A DNA stretch of 63,045 bases, filler included, from Sphacelaria rigidula (lineage: Eukaryota), in NCBI GenBank assembly GCA_964200075.2. It is 10 parts of 10 records of this genome, joined end to end, with 100 filler letters (N's around TTAATTAATTAA, not from the genome) between each part and the next. Parts side by side here need not be neighbours in the genome. Positions count along the whole stretch, not along the records: positions 50,518 to 56,731 come from CAXNAA020021466.1; positions 56,832 to 63,045 come from CAXNAA020021467.1; 8 more parts are not named here. One strand, given 5' to 3'. The notes under the pieces are model-generated. The model ran no database searches and was not told where the DNA came from. It saw only the letters and a program-made list of their open reading frames with translations. A program made the translations under genes and the position numbers. This document shows, piece by piece, positions 52,129 to 63,045 of this stretch (its first letter is position 1; each line of letters begins with the position of its first letter).

Positions 52129-52460
52129 ATACGCGGCCATTTGGCTACCTCCCAAAATGCCCCCGGATGGATGCGCGGTCCTCAGGAAGCAAAACAAGCC
52201 TCCGGAGACCTTCAATCCATCTGGAGGAAAACAAAAACTACCGACCCGGAGGGCCGCGCACCTCTCCGGAGGAATCTGGGGGTATGCGCGGCCCTCCAGT
52301 AGCATAAGCAAGCCCCCGGAGGCGTTCAATCCCTCTGTGAGAAACAAAAATAAATCCTCTGGAGGGCCGCGCACCCCTCCGCAGGCGTTTAATTCTTCTG
52401 GAGGCTCGAAACGTTTACCCACCTGGAGGAAATTTTGAGGTAGCCAAATGACCGCGTGTG
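52129..52460. mobile_element. MITE with CTCCGGAGG-type internal repeats
   Basis: ACGCGGCCATTTGGCTACCTC ... GAGGTAGCCAAATGACCGCGT. Confidence 0.75.
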
Positions 52461-52765
52461 CGGCTTGCATACACACTCATGGACAATGCGGGCAGCGTTG
52501 TTCAAGTCATTTTGACGTCGCACTGTAAGCAGAGAACAGATAGTCCTGCGCTCTCTGTACTGTGCTTTGCCCGCGCTTCCCTTTCACACCCTACTGACTG
52601 TACATATATATGCAGTTGTGATCGAGCATGCATTACCGCGCGTACGATAGTAGCTAACGAGATATAGCATCGCCATATATCCAAACTTACACAGGCATCC
52701 AAATTGTGTAGCCCTACGTGGCGCATATGCCGCGCTAACTCTGCAGTATAGGGCATGCACCACCG

Positions 52766-53060
52766 CCGCGCCCCGGTGGTGTAAGGGTCCGACTGTCGCC
52801 ATTAGGATGGAAAGAACGGGGGTTCGATTCCCCACGAGTTGGGTTTTCCCTTCGTGATGTATGATTTCCACCGTGGAAAGCGTGAGAACGTGAGTGAACA
52901 AAGTCGTCGACTGGGTTCGAGTGACGTGAGTTGACGCGGTGCGGGAGTGCTGACCCAACCCGCGAGACCAACATGAAGGGCGCGTACCGAGGGAGAGATG
53001 GGTTGATCCTTTGAGATTACGGACTCTTCTCGAAGAATGGGAGTGGTTCAAAGTGTGAGC

Positions 53061-53097
<37 letters not shown>
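52766..53097 (+). mobile_element. tRNA-derived SINE family B, full length
   Basis: A box GGTGGTGTAAGGG, B box GGTTCGATTCC, body shared with 2015-2541, (CA)n tail; it interrupts a repeat that is uninterrupted at 50790-50885. 3' fragments at about 16005-16130, 25330-25442 and 48295-48380. Confidence 0.82.
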
Positions 53098-53101
<4 letters not shown>

Positions 53102-53537
53102 TGCACGGTATGGTGCTATCCTGCACGGTATTGCTAGTCCAGTACAGCACCATACCGTGCTTATTGTTGTGATCACATTCCTATCCTGTTTGTTGTTGAC
53201 ATTGCTTCGGTGTGTCATTTTGGTAAGACACTGAACTGCGGGGTTTTCAGGACACATAAACATGGGAAGTATATTCTGCTCTTCTTGCACCATGACCAAC
53301 TGAAGCTTCACAACACTTCCGTGTCAACATACACGGGCAATCATTGAATGGGAGTTACATACAGCAGAGGCTGTTGAAGAATTCTCTCTTTGCTCAATCG
53401 ATGTAGGAAAATTTGGGGGCACGAGGATGAGTTTTCAACAGTCTCTACTGCCTCTCGAATGACATACACTGATTGCGGCACAAACAAAAATAATAACGCA
53501 TAGACCCAAAGGTTTTTGTTCATTTTATTATGAGTCA

Positions 53538-53961
53538 GGCCGTTTCTTCCGGTTCGTATTTAGTTTGGCTCGTATTTTACACTTTTAGGACATTTGACAA
53601 GGTTTTTGACCCCAAACAGGGAAAATCGCCACCACACGTCTTGAACACTTTGTATTACCCCACCGAGAGGAGCCTAGCCCACTTTTCCGATTCGATTCTC
53701 TCGAAATCGTAGGTATTTTCACCTGAAAATACCTACAGACTGCGCATTATATGTGTTCCTCGTATTTTCGTCCAGAGGCCCCTCTCGAAATCTCTGACCC
53801 AAGCGAATCGGAAAAGTGGGCTAGGCTCCTCTCGGTGGGGTGATACAAAGTGTTCAAGACGTGTGGTGGCGATTTTCCCTGTTTGGGGGTCAAAAACCTT
53901 GTCAAATGTCCTGAAAGTGTAAAATACGAGCCAAACAGAACACAAACCGGAAGAAACGGCC
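53538..53961. mobile_element. Foldback MITE with about 160-bp TIRs (possibly PIF/Harbinger-type)
   Basis: GGCCGTTTCTTCCGGTT...AACCGGAAGAAACGGCC with near-identical long arms; flanks TCA/TTA; diverged relatives at about 33540-33670 and 34090-34240. Confidence 0.85.
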
Positions 53962-54399
53962 TTAGGGGCGATAATCGATTTTCAGGCATCAGTAAACTGT
54001 CTTTGAATCACAACAACAAATCCGCGCAATTGTTTTCTGCCCTATATATTGCCAATACCAAATATGAGGGTCCAACTCTACATATAGGTCGGCGAACGGG
54101 CCTCCAAACTACAAATCCGCCTGTGGGCTGGCCCAGCTCGTAGCACGAGTGCCTTTGAAAAAAATCCAGAGGATTTTGATATTGACACAGACATTCGAGG
54201 GAGACCCAAACAATGAAACCCCTCTGAAGGATCGCGAATGACCAAGATCCTCCAGTGGAGAGTCCAAGACGGATGGAACTGGGGGTGACGTTTGGAAATC
54301 CCCTAGAGGATATTCGACGGTAGCCGAATGGCCGCGTGTGTAAGCATAATAATAATAACCGCCACCAGCCAGCATATGTTTGAGACACCTCACGACGCC

Positions 54400-55844
54400 G
54401 TCGACCACGGTGAACAAGCCGTGCACAGAGATCCCTGAACACCCCAACTCGTGAACTAACAAGTACACCACAAGCCACTTGTGGTCCTGACACTACTGCT
54501 CCTCCCTCCCAATCTGTTTGCCCGTGACCAATTTCAGGAACGATAGTCATGGTGGGAGTTCGATTCAGTACGACCTCGGCGGTCATCACGGGTGCCTCTC
54601 TTCTGGCGTACCAGAACGGTGCTGAGGCTGTCTCCCGGGGGTACCTCCGAAAACTTGCCAAGTAAGTGTGTTGCGTCTCTGTTCTTTACTGTTGCCTCAC
54701 TACTACCGTATCATCTTTGCTTCGAACCCGTGCCGCTGTTGGGATAGCTTGAGCGACCTTGGGCATGATCTTCTCGGGCGCTCGAAGCATATGCCAGCCA
54801 GGGAGTGTGTCAGTGCAGTCTTCTCCAACCGTCGAATCCTGACTTGATGAGACAGCCACTCTCGCTGTTGACGTCTCATCTGAAGACGTTTCTGTTCCTG
54901 CTCCCGTCGGAAGGCTTCAAGAACGTGTAGGTATAGAGCTTACTCTTGACGTACTTCTAGCACTGAGCTGCGTAACTCCTACATCCTGTCGCTGCCATAG
55001 CTCATAAATTTCTCCGGGACAATTTCTACCGTTGATAATTTCCGAAATGCCCGGATGTGTTCGTGAAACTACTGCGCGAACCGATCGTTTCCACTCAAGG
55101 AAATCTGTCCCGTTGAGCTTACTGAGACTCCTAATGACTTCAGTAACGGATGGCCCTCCAGATAAATTCATCCGTGACAATCTGGATTACTTGTATTCAC
55201 ACCTCAATGTTTCTTCACCTCAGATTTCTTCTTCGTTTTCGCGACGGAACTATAACTATACTATCCACACCTCAATTTTCTGCTGGTGTCCTCGCTGATG
55301 GGCGGGACGACCACGCTCCTTCCTTGCTGCAGTTTGACGTCCTCGATGGAGCATCCTGGGTGCCTGTGCCGAAGACTACGGTACTATACTGTAGTCACAC
55401 ACTGAAACTCACAACCTATTGTTGCAGTCGCGTCTTGAGGTCAACACCTGTAAACGAGGCTCATGACCTATTGGAATATGTATATATGGCTATGGTGGCT
55501 TGTGCGCAAAATACACAGTGTTCAACTGTCAGTGACAGGAACAATTGGTTCAACTGATGAACCCAGCTCTGACAGCTTGCGGAGTTGAAAATTGAACACT
55601 TTTGCATTGAAAAAATGTTTTATACTTGGCGCTTTATCCAGCCGTTACTCAAATCAAATACAATCAGTCTCTGCTCAACAGAATACGGGTGACAAGCTGC
55701 TAGGGTTACTTGAGATGGACCGCTTTGGAGAGAAATAGCGTAAGGCTGTTGTCCTCTCTCGACAAACTCTTGGACAGTGTAAAACTGTTTATCCAAACTG
55801 TTATACCGTAGACTCTTCGTACTCAACTCTTCAATATTCTGACA
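54400..55844 (-). mobile_element. Degenerate Copia-like element 5' end: LTR about 55844-55469, PBS-like site, gag start
   Basis: LTR bounded by imperfect inverted TGTCAGAATAT...ATATTCCAATA, followed by GGTCATGAGCC (Copia-type internal tRNA-Met PBS-like); gag N-terminus SKLNGTDFLEWKRSVRA (54917-55180). Confidence 0.65.
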
Positions 55845-57784
55845 ATATGCTGGCTTTCTGTATAGGACCTGTACAGTACATGAGCTACTCATTATTCTAC
55901 GGGGATGAATGTTTCACTTCTTCGGTTATTCCTACGATATTTGTTCTAACGATGAACCGTTACTTGTTTTACCGCTAATCTCGAGTATGTATATTCGGAA
56001 CTGATTTTTCTCAAATCCCAACAGAGTGCACTTGTGTCATTGGATATATAACAGCCGATCCTAATTTTTGGGGTTGAAACAAAAAATGAGGTAGAAGTCC
56101 CATTTCTCTATTGCAGGGAAGATACTAAAGAGTAACACAGAGCGAGAGTATTTTCCTTCCCAAACCTCCGCAGCAGGAGTTACCCGTCAGACCGCGAGAG
56201 TAGGTCACCTGCTGAATCGGCATCAATTTTCACTGGGAGAAAGTACACGCGTGGTCCAGATGGACAACGGGCACCGCGGTCTAAGGGTTAAGCAACTCTG
56301 GCTAGGTGCACCCAACGAAATGCGATGTACACGCGTGTCGATGACGATATCACCAGAGAGAGAAGCAACGACAGAGAGGAAGCTCCTCGCCCGTGCCCTT
56401 TGTGTGTCCCCGCTCGGCGATTACCAAACTCTCGAGAGACTGGCATCCTTGATCTTACCAGCATGTGCCAAATTTTTCATATGCCAGAGCATCGCGGTGC
56501 GGAGAAATCCCGTGGTCTCTTCCTGCCTGTCGCCAACGCGAACATCGGTTTCTCTCTGCCTCTCCTTTTGGACAGGGCGTGCCTCTGTGCGCTGAAAACC
56601 GTGTTGAAAAAATAGGGCAATGTTCCCGTCACCGCTACTACTGTTCTGTCACACACATATGCCAGCAAGGACGGTGCTGCGGCAATAACAGATAGATCCA
56701 ACTTGAACTTAGGGGGGTGTTATTCATCACTNNNNNNNNNNNNNNNNNNNNNNNNNNNNNNNNNNNNNNNNNNNNTTAATTAATTAANNNNNNNNNNNNN
56801 NNNNNNNNNNNNNNNNNNNNNNNNNNNNNNNCCCCCCCCCCCCGTTCAGGATAGCCATCATCTCGTGAGAACAAGGGTCGCCAATTCGGAGTTCGTATTG
56901 CATTTAACGCTATCGCACACCTTGCGCCGAGTTTAGCGTTGGCCTTGAAGTCGGCAGCGGTCCCCCTCATGACGCCCATAACGGCCGCTCGTATCGGTCA
57001 CGACGGGATGTAAAGTGGTGGGGGGTGGTGTATCTTTTGGCCGCCCGTTGCAAATATCCTAGCTGGTCAGTACAGTTAGGAAAACATAGTAGATCCCATG
57101 CCTACTTATTCGTGCTTCCTTGTGAGCTGGCTTATTCTCTCCTCTAAATTTACAACGGATCCTTGGCGCTACCTTTGTATACCATTTTATAGTACTTGCC
57201 ACATCGCCCAAGCAAGACTTGGGGCTGATAGACGCGACCATGTCAGAACGAAGATATCGCAATCCCGTGTGGCAACCATCAGAACGTCATAATCCATTTT
57301 TGTTATATGCCAAAGATAGCTGATTTGGTGCAGGGCGCACCCCTTCTGCACTTTCTAGCTGCGAGATCTCTTTGTTGCCAGAGGATTTGTGTTATATCTT
57401 GGTATCTTCAGTCTTGCTATGTTCATGCAGTCGCTTTGTATTCTGGAGACTTTCGTTCTTGATTGCGGGTCCGAGCTGTCGACCAATGTATTGATCGAAA
57501 ATAAACATGTGGAAGCTTGTTGGGGATCAGCATTACTGTCGAGTTGAGCGCTGCTTTGCGAACTACTTGGCGTCTACTGGGTGCATCTGATACCTGATTC
57601 TACAGTGGTATGTGCACTACCTCGGACTCTCCAGTGTAGAGTTGGCTACAAAGCTGTGTGCAACTGCCTGTTGTGCCGAACATTCTGCGTTGCCCAGAAA
57701 CAAGAGCCAAAATAAAAGTATTACCCTGACGGTATAGAACAGCAGCAGCACGGTGCGCGCAGCGTGATTGCAATACCCGATCAG

Positions 57785-60700
57785 AGCAAACAGTGGCGAT
57801 ATAATGTCAACAACACCATCATCACCACAGCAACGGAGCGATTACACGGAGAACTTGACAGTCCAGCGACTCGGCGCAAACCATGTAGCTGCCAGATTCG
57901 TCTTCCGCTCTCGGTGGACACCGGAACCCCGACATCGCTGTCAAGATCACGAGGATTGGGAACTGGGATTGTCGGCGGGCTCAGACGAAGGTGCCAAAAA
58001 CAACGGAAAGCTCTGCCATTTTACAGCCGTGTTTCCTAGGGCAGTAGGCGTCCTGTTGGACAGATTTAAGGTACGGAAGGATACTCTCGGGTTACAGACG
58101 GGGAATAACACCCCCCCTCGTGGGCGCTTGTGAGAAGTTGTTGGTCAAATGTTAGGATCGGGAATAACTGAAAACCTCGTGACCACAAACAGGTGGAGGA
58201 TCTAGTGGACCAAGCTAGCCACATCGCTGTTAATATCTTGATACCTCATGCACGCTCTGTCAAGTATCAACCCACACACGCGAGATTTACCTCGCAATTG
58301 CTATGTGCTCGCTCTGCGGTTCTGGTTTTGCACGGTACAATCTACTGGTTGGGGTTGAGGGTTAGTGAGGGTTTGGAATATACGGAGTTGCTGTAGCATG
58401 GTTTTGTCCCAACGGTGTCCGTGTATACCGGATGTTTGCTTTGCCCGAAGTTCGCCAACAGTAAGATTCTCTAGATAACTTCGCTCGCCACGCTGGCGAC
58501 ACTCATCGTATCTGGAATAATTCGGCCTGCTGCGGCCGCAGACAGTCCCTGGGAGAATGACGATACTGGCGAAACTCGTCACATTCGGAATAAGTCGGCC
58601 TGCCGCGACTGCAGACAATCCCTGGGAAAATGACGATATTGCATTCAAGGAATACCCTCGCAGGATCCTTGAGTGTTTTTTTTTGCGGCCAAAAGGATCG
58701 CAGCAAGCTCGAATGGCATGCTCCAAAAGAATGGTACTCATAAATCGCAGTAGGCCGGGGGGCGCCAAAGGAGTTAAAACACGAAATGTGTCGGGAATCC
58801 AGTTGTTGTTCTCACATTTAAAACCGTTCCTTTTTCTGCGTAGTACTCTGTACTGGGCATCTGATGCGGACGCCGCCCATGGTCACAGGCTAACTACCCC
58901 GAAATAAGGTATAAGGAATTGAAGAAAAATCGGACCCAGAAAAATTCATACATACGGGATACAAAAAAAAGGGAGTTGTGCTACTCAATGAAATCGAGTT
59001 TAAAAAAGAGTTCATCACAGTGGATGACACTCGTTACCTTATGTGGTGCCCTCGTTCTTTTGTTTCTCAAAGTAATATGTGGGGTATGACACACCTCAGA
59101 GTGATCCCGCGATAGCCCCCGCCAAACCAGCCCCACAATTCTCACGAAAAAAATAGCCATAGAGCGCATGATAGCTGGTTTCAGAGTGCATGCAGCGCCT
59201 CATGTGGACGACATTAGCAAACACGATGCCAAGCGTGGGATCTCTCAGCTGCTCGGTGTGCTCGGCTTCTTCAATTTGATTTACATGTAGATTTTGCCTC
59301 CCCAAACCAGTCACTTTTCTTGGGGGGGGGCTATCGCGGTATCAGTTTTCTGTATATCTTGTAAGTTTGTGATAAAATTCTTGTTGCATTGTTATGCGGG
59401 TCAATCGGGGCCGATTTTGTGCACTGTATTTTGGGAAAGTGGACACTGACTCCTGTCTACAGAAAAAATGAAGTCTAAATGAGCCAACCAGTATCAATCA
59501 CAAGTACATGGGTCACCTTGAAATGACGACCACGCTCACACAAAATGTACTTTTTCCGTAGTACATTCTACAACAAACCCGTGACTGAAGTTGCTGTCTA
59601 AGCCAAATTCGTTTATATTTCTCTAGCTTTTGGGTGTGTGCGGGGGGGCTATAGAGTACCACAGGCCAGCTTCCTTCTTGTGCCGAGAAAACCGCGATGA
59701 AAATAATGCAGTTGTCGTATACTGAAACCAACTCAATACGGGCCGAAGCGTATGTCCTACTCAGAACAGCTAAACAGCTCGGAACTGCTGATGACGTGCC
59801 CATTATTCTCCCGCGTTATTCGCTTGGTTGGCCTGGCCGCAATGTCTGGTCGTGAAGACCCTCATTCACCCCCATAACTGTAGTGAAAATGCATGTAGTC
59901 CCCGGACTGCGTAGGTTTGCATGACGGGCCGAAACAAGGCGAAGACCGTTTGCGACACTGCACAAGCCAAATGGTACCTTTCGGTACTTCGGTGATTCAT
60001 CGACCCTCATTTTGATGAGTTGTGCGTGTGCTCCGTGCTGTGGCACGATAGGTGCGCGATCTAAGCCTGCAGATGTCCAAGGGTAGATGGGACACCGACG
60101 CGTGGGGGAACGGACCGGGGGGAGGGAACAGCGGAGAGTATACCCCTGGTGAGATATTGGGTTTTTGATCACAATAAACAGTGTTGCGCCAAGAGAAGAA
60201 AATACATTTTTTTCAGAACAGAATCTGACCACTTTTCCCTCTAGTGCGCACTCCTGCAGCGCACAATACCAGGTATAGCGACGTGGAACTCTTGACTGTG
60301 GTTCGCAAAACATATAAGCAAAATTTCAGTGCCTCGCAGCGGCTACAGCGCGCGTAGGGTCGTGCGTCATGAACTGCGCAGCTGTACAGACTGTGTGCCG
60401 ATCGGTACACTACAGATGGTCATGATCCAGAAAGGGTCGCAGTACAGACCCGTGTCAGTTTTCTACCATATCGGTCGCTCAGCCTCGCTGAATGTCCAAG
60501 TTTTAGCATCTGCGCGTGCACATATGTTCACCTGTAGTGCGCAGAGTCTGGGCAGCTGCATGGCCGGTTTGAGAGCGCATGGACGGCATTCCCCACAATC
60601 GGTTGGGGCCATGTTGTATGGTGTTCCCGGGCCCAATCGCGCGGATGCTGTGGGCATATGCTGCCTGTGTTGTGCCCAACTAGTGTGCAAAGTTTCATGG

Positions 60701-61801
60701 TGGAACACGCAGTCACAGGCGAGAAATCCACAACTCAAGTTGCACTGAATAATGGTGGTTTACCGTAGGAGGGTACTCAGATAAACATGAGATGCAGTTA
60801 CGCCCTGATTACGCCGCATATCATATGCAGTTACGTAGTATGGCGGTACGGGTATACTGTCTGTAGACTGTACAATGCATCAGCGTATTGTACTGCACTT
60901 TATATAGTGGTCATGACGGAGTTTTCAAATTTCAAACTCATCAGCTGCGCCGCCAGACACGCATGCAAACGATTGTGCCGTTCTCCAGTGCGATAAAAGT
61001 AAATGCGATGCTTCTTTTTCAAGCGGATTGTACACTCCATATACTACGCCCTGGGCGCGGTGGTGCGCTGGAACACCGAGCGTGGCCGCCACCTATCGCC
61101 GTACAATGAGGCCCGCAAGGCACCCGTACCGAGTGAGCCCATGCACACCACCGAACGCGGGATATGATCACGTTCTCGACCTGCAACTTGTGTCGATGAT
61201 CCAGCCTTGAACATGGCTTTTCAGATATGCCGTGTATCGGGCCGTATGTCGTCGCTCTGGGGCACCTCGCTCGTGTGAACTACACCTACTTTGTGGACGA
61301 TCCAAGCTGGTAATTTATACAATGATTCTTGTATGCGAAAATCGGCGTACATTTGACTTTCTTTTTCTTTCGGCGCAACACTGAAAACTCGCATTCGTTT
61401 CATATACCCTCGAACGTTTCCCTGCTGATGTTATACTTTTCCAAGTTGCCCCCCTGCGGTATGCGTTTGACTTTGTCGATTTCCATTTCATTTGCATCTT
61501 TACACCATTGCTGAATGCGACATCATTTTCAACACACCGATAAGAGTCCCCGTGACGATTGTGTAGTATAGTTGGATTCTCGGATGATTCTTCGCTACTG
61601 CTGTGAGTTCGATGGTAGCCTTGGTTTGTCTGGCAGTGACGATGTTTGACAATGGCGATTGTGCGCCTCGTGTTTGTTCTTAGGCGGTGCCGAAATGTGG
61701 GCAAGGCTACCCGCTGACGAGTCTTGGGAGAGCTGGGTGGGTCTGAGGAGAAGCCTGTCGGGTCTCTACTGTGCATCTCTCGATGCAATGGACAAAACAA
61801 G
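57785..61801 (+). CDS. PIGT: GPI transamidase component PIG-T/Gpi16, partial; exons about 57785-58070, 60052-60148, 61684-61801
   Basis: YTENLTVQRLGANHVAARFVFRSRW...HFTAVFPRAVGVLLDRFK|VRDLSLQMSKGRWDTDAWG...P|GGAEMWARL...WVGLRRSLSGLYCASL follows the PIG-T N-terminal motifs (FP+ALG, GxW..WG, GAELW, LSGxFCASL); GT-AG with phases 0 and 1 concordant; 5' boundary uncertain. Confidence 0.9.
58493..58638. repeat. 73-bp tandem duplication in a PIG-T intron
   Basis: CTGGCGA.ACTC...TCGGCCTGC...CCCTGGGA.AATGACGATA at 58493 and 58566. Confidence 0.8.
59101..59345. mobile_element. MITE related to 2080-2328
   Basis: CCGCGATAGCCCCC ... GGGGGCTATCGCGG; internal CTCATG.GG.CGA.ATT...GTGGGATC shared. Confidence 0.65.
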
Positions 61802-63045
61802 GTGAGTGGCGTCTGCCTTAGACAGCTTCTCTCCGTAACAGGCAATGCTAAGTCGTTTCATACCGATTGCTGCAACCCCATGATATGATTATCATATTTG
61901 TTGTGCGAATGCTCCTACATTAACATGCCCCAGTTGCCTCGCAGTGAACGGGGTAGAGCCTCCACCTAACTCGCGACAGGCTGGGTCAGCTGACAGTGCT
62001 TTTTGAGTGTATCTTGGCGATGCTGTCGGTAATTCGAAGAGTTAGGCGCTTGAATGTTGACACAACATTTGTATCATCACTACGCATAACATTTCTGGGG
62101 ATGCCAAGAAAACAAACAAACAGGAACTTAGGGCGACTTGAAGTTTCTGCAAAAACTAAAAAATTCTATAACTTCGTGAAAAACAGAAATATGGAGGCAT
62201 CCCCAGAAATGTTGTCCGTCCTTGTGTGGAGGAGTCCTGCTGCAATTTCGGCCAAAAATTTCAGAAATTTGGCACATCATCCACTTTTTCGTGTGGCACG
62301 GCTGCGCCCCGGTAGTCAAACTGGTAGAACCGCCTCTTATTATAGACGGTCACGAGTTCGAATCCCGACAGTCCCATTTTGTCTTTGCGCATAATCTGGC
62401 ATAGGGCCTTGCATCTGGGGTGTGTATAGCGCAGTTTGAGGTAGTACTTCTCCCTCTTACGGTTGTAAATGACCGTCGGCTGGGAGATTCTCTCCCATGA
62501 TGGATCTGTTGACGATCTTGATGCCATCTTGCAGCACTACTCGTACCAGTGTGATTTTGCCTGCGCATGTCGAGTCTTCGCGTGCCTGTGCGGCGCAATT
62601 CCCTACCGTGATTCCACCGCATTTTGTGAAACGAAACGTCTCCAGACACGCTATCACGCAACGACACGAGACGTTCCCGGTACTCAATGCAGTGCAATAA
62701 GATCATCGCCAAAACTTCGCCAATCGACCAGCGGCGATGCCATGCATTACCAGGTTGGTCTGCAGTTCACAGCGATACGCTCAAGTCGGGCCGATTTGGT
62801 AAACTTGACGAGTTATGATGGGACATGCAAATGCAGGATATACTGCTGGCTCAGCACGGAGTCATTTTCATGGGTTGACACTTTCTACGATAGCCCCCCC
62901 CCCAAAAAATGCATGATTTTGGGAGGCAAAATCTTCACGTAAATTGAAATGGGAGAAGCCGAGCACAGCGAGAAGCTGGGAATTCCCACGCCTGGGTTCG
63001 TTCTAGCCAATGCCGCCAATATGAGGCGCTTCATGCAGCCTGCAC

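Noticed and set aside
52766..52840. tRNA gene
   Set aside because: A and B boxes are present but there is no complete cloverleaf, and it continues into a repeated SINE body.
58430..58490. Antisense peptide ENLTVGELRAK resembling PIG-T ENLTVQRLGAN
   Set aside because: Short match with no extension; likely chance.
47409..61801. IMPDH and PIG-T as a divergent gene pair or cluster
   Set aside because: They lie on different concatenated contigs.
62303..62376. tRNA gene
   Set aside because: tRNA-like head (GTTCGAATCC) without a paired acceptor stem; likely a SINE remnant.

Overview
Eukaryotic, intron-rich and transposon-rich DNA, most consistent with a brown alga or related stramenopile (inference from gene architecture and TE types). 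It is not one locus. Nine identical 100-bp spacers (N44-TTAATTAATTAA-N44) split it into ten segments of 6215 bp (x5) then 6214 bp (x5), i.e. size-sorted contigs that are probably unrelated, so adjacency across spacers carries no meaning. Spliced host-gene fragments reconstructed with consistent exon phases: PNKP-type DNA 3'-phosphatase (seg 4), a sphingomyelin/IPC-synthase-like membrane protein (seg 5), an apparently complete ~92-aa orphan gene (seg 6), the 3' half of IMP dehydrogenase and the first exon of a mitochondrial GGQ release-factor-like gene (seg 8, both with probable GC-AG donors), and the 5' part of the GPI transamidase subunit PIG-T (seg 10). The rest is degenerate Copia, Gypsy and LINE retroelements, two tRNA-derived SINE families and several MITE families, one carrying internal telomeric (TTAGGG)n. 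No CRISPR array, rRNA or intact tRNA gene was found, and no convincing multi-gene novel system. The best leads are the orphan small gene, the telomere-repeat MITE and a long repeat-containing ORF upstream of a Gypsy-like gag.
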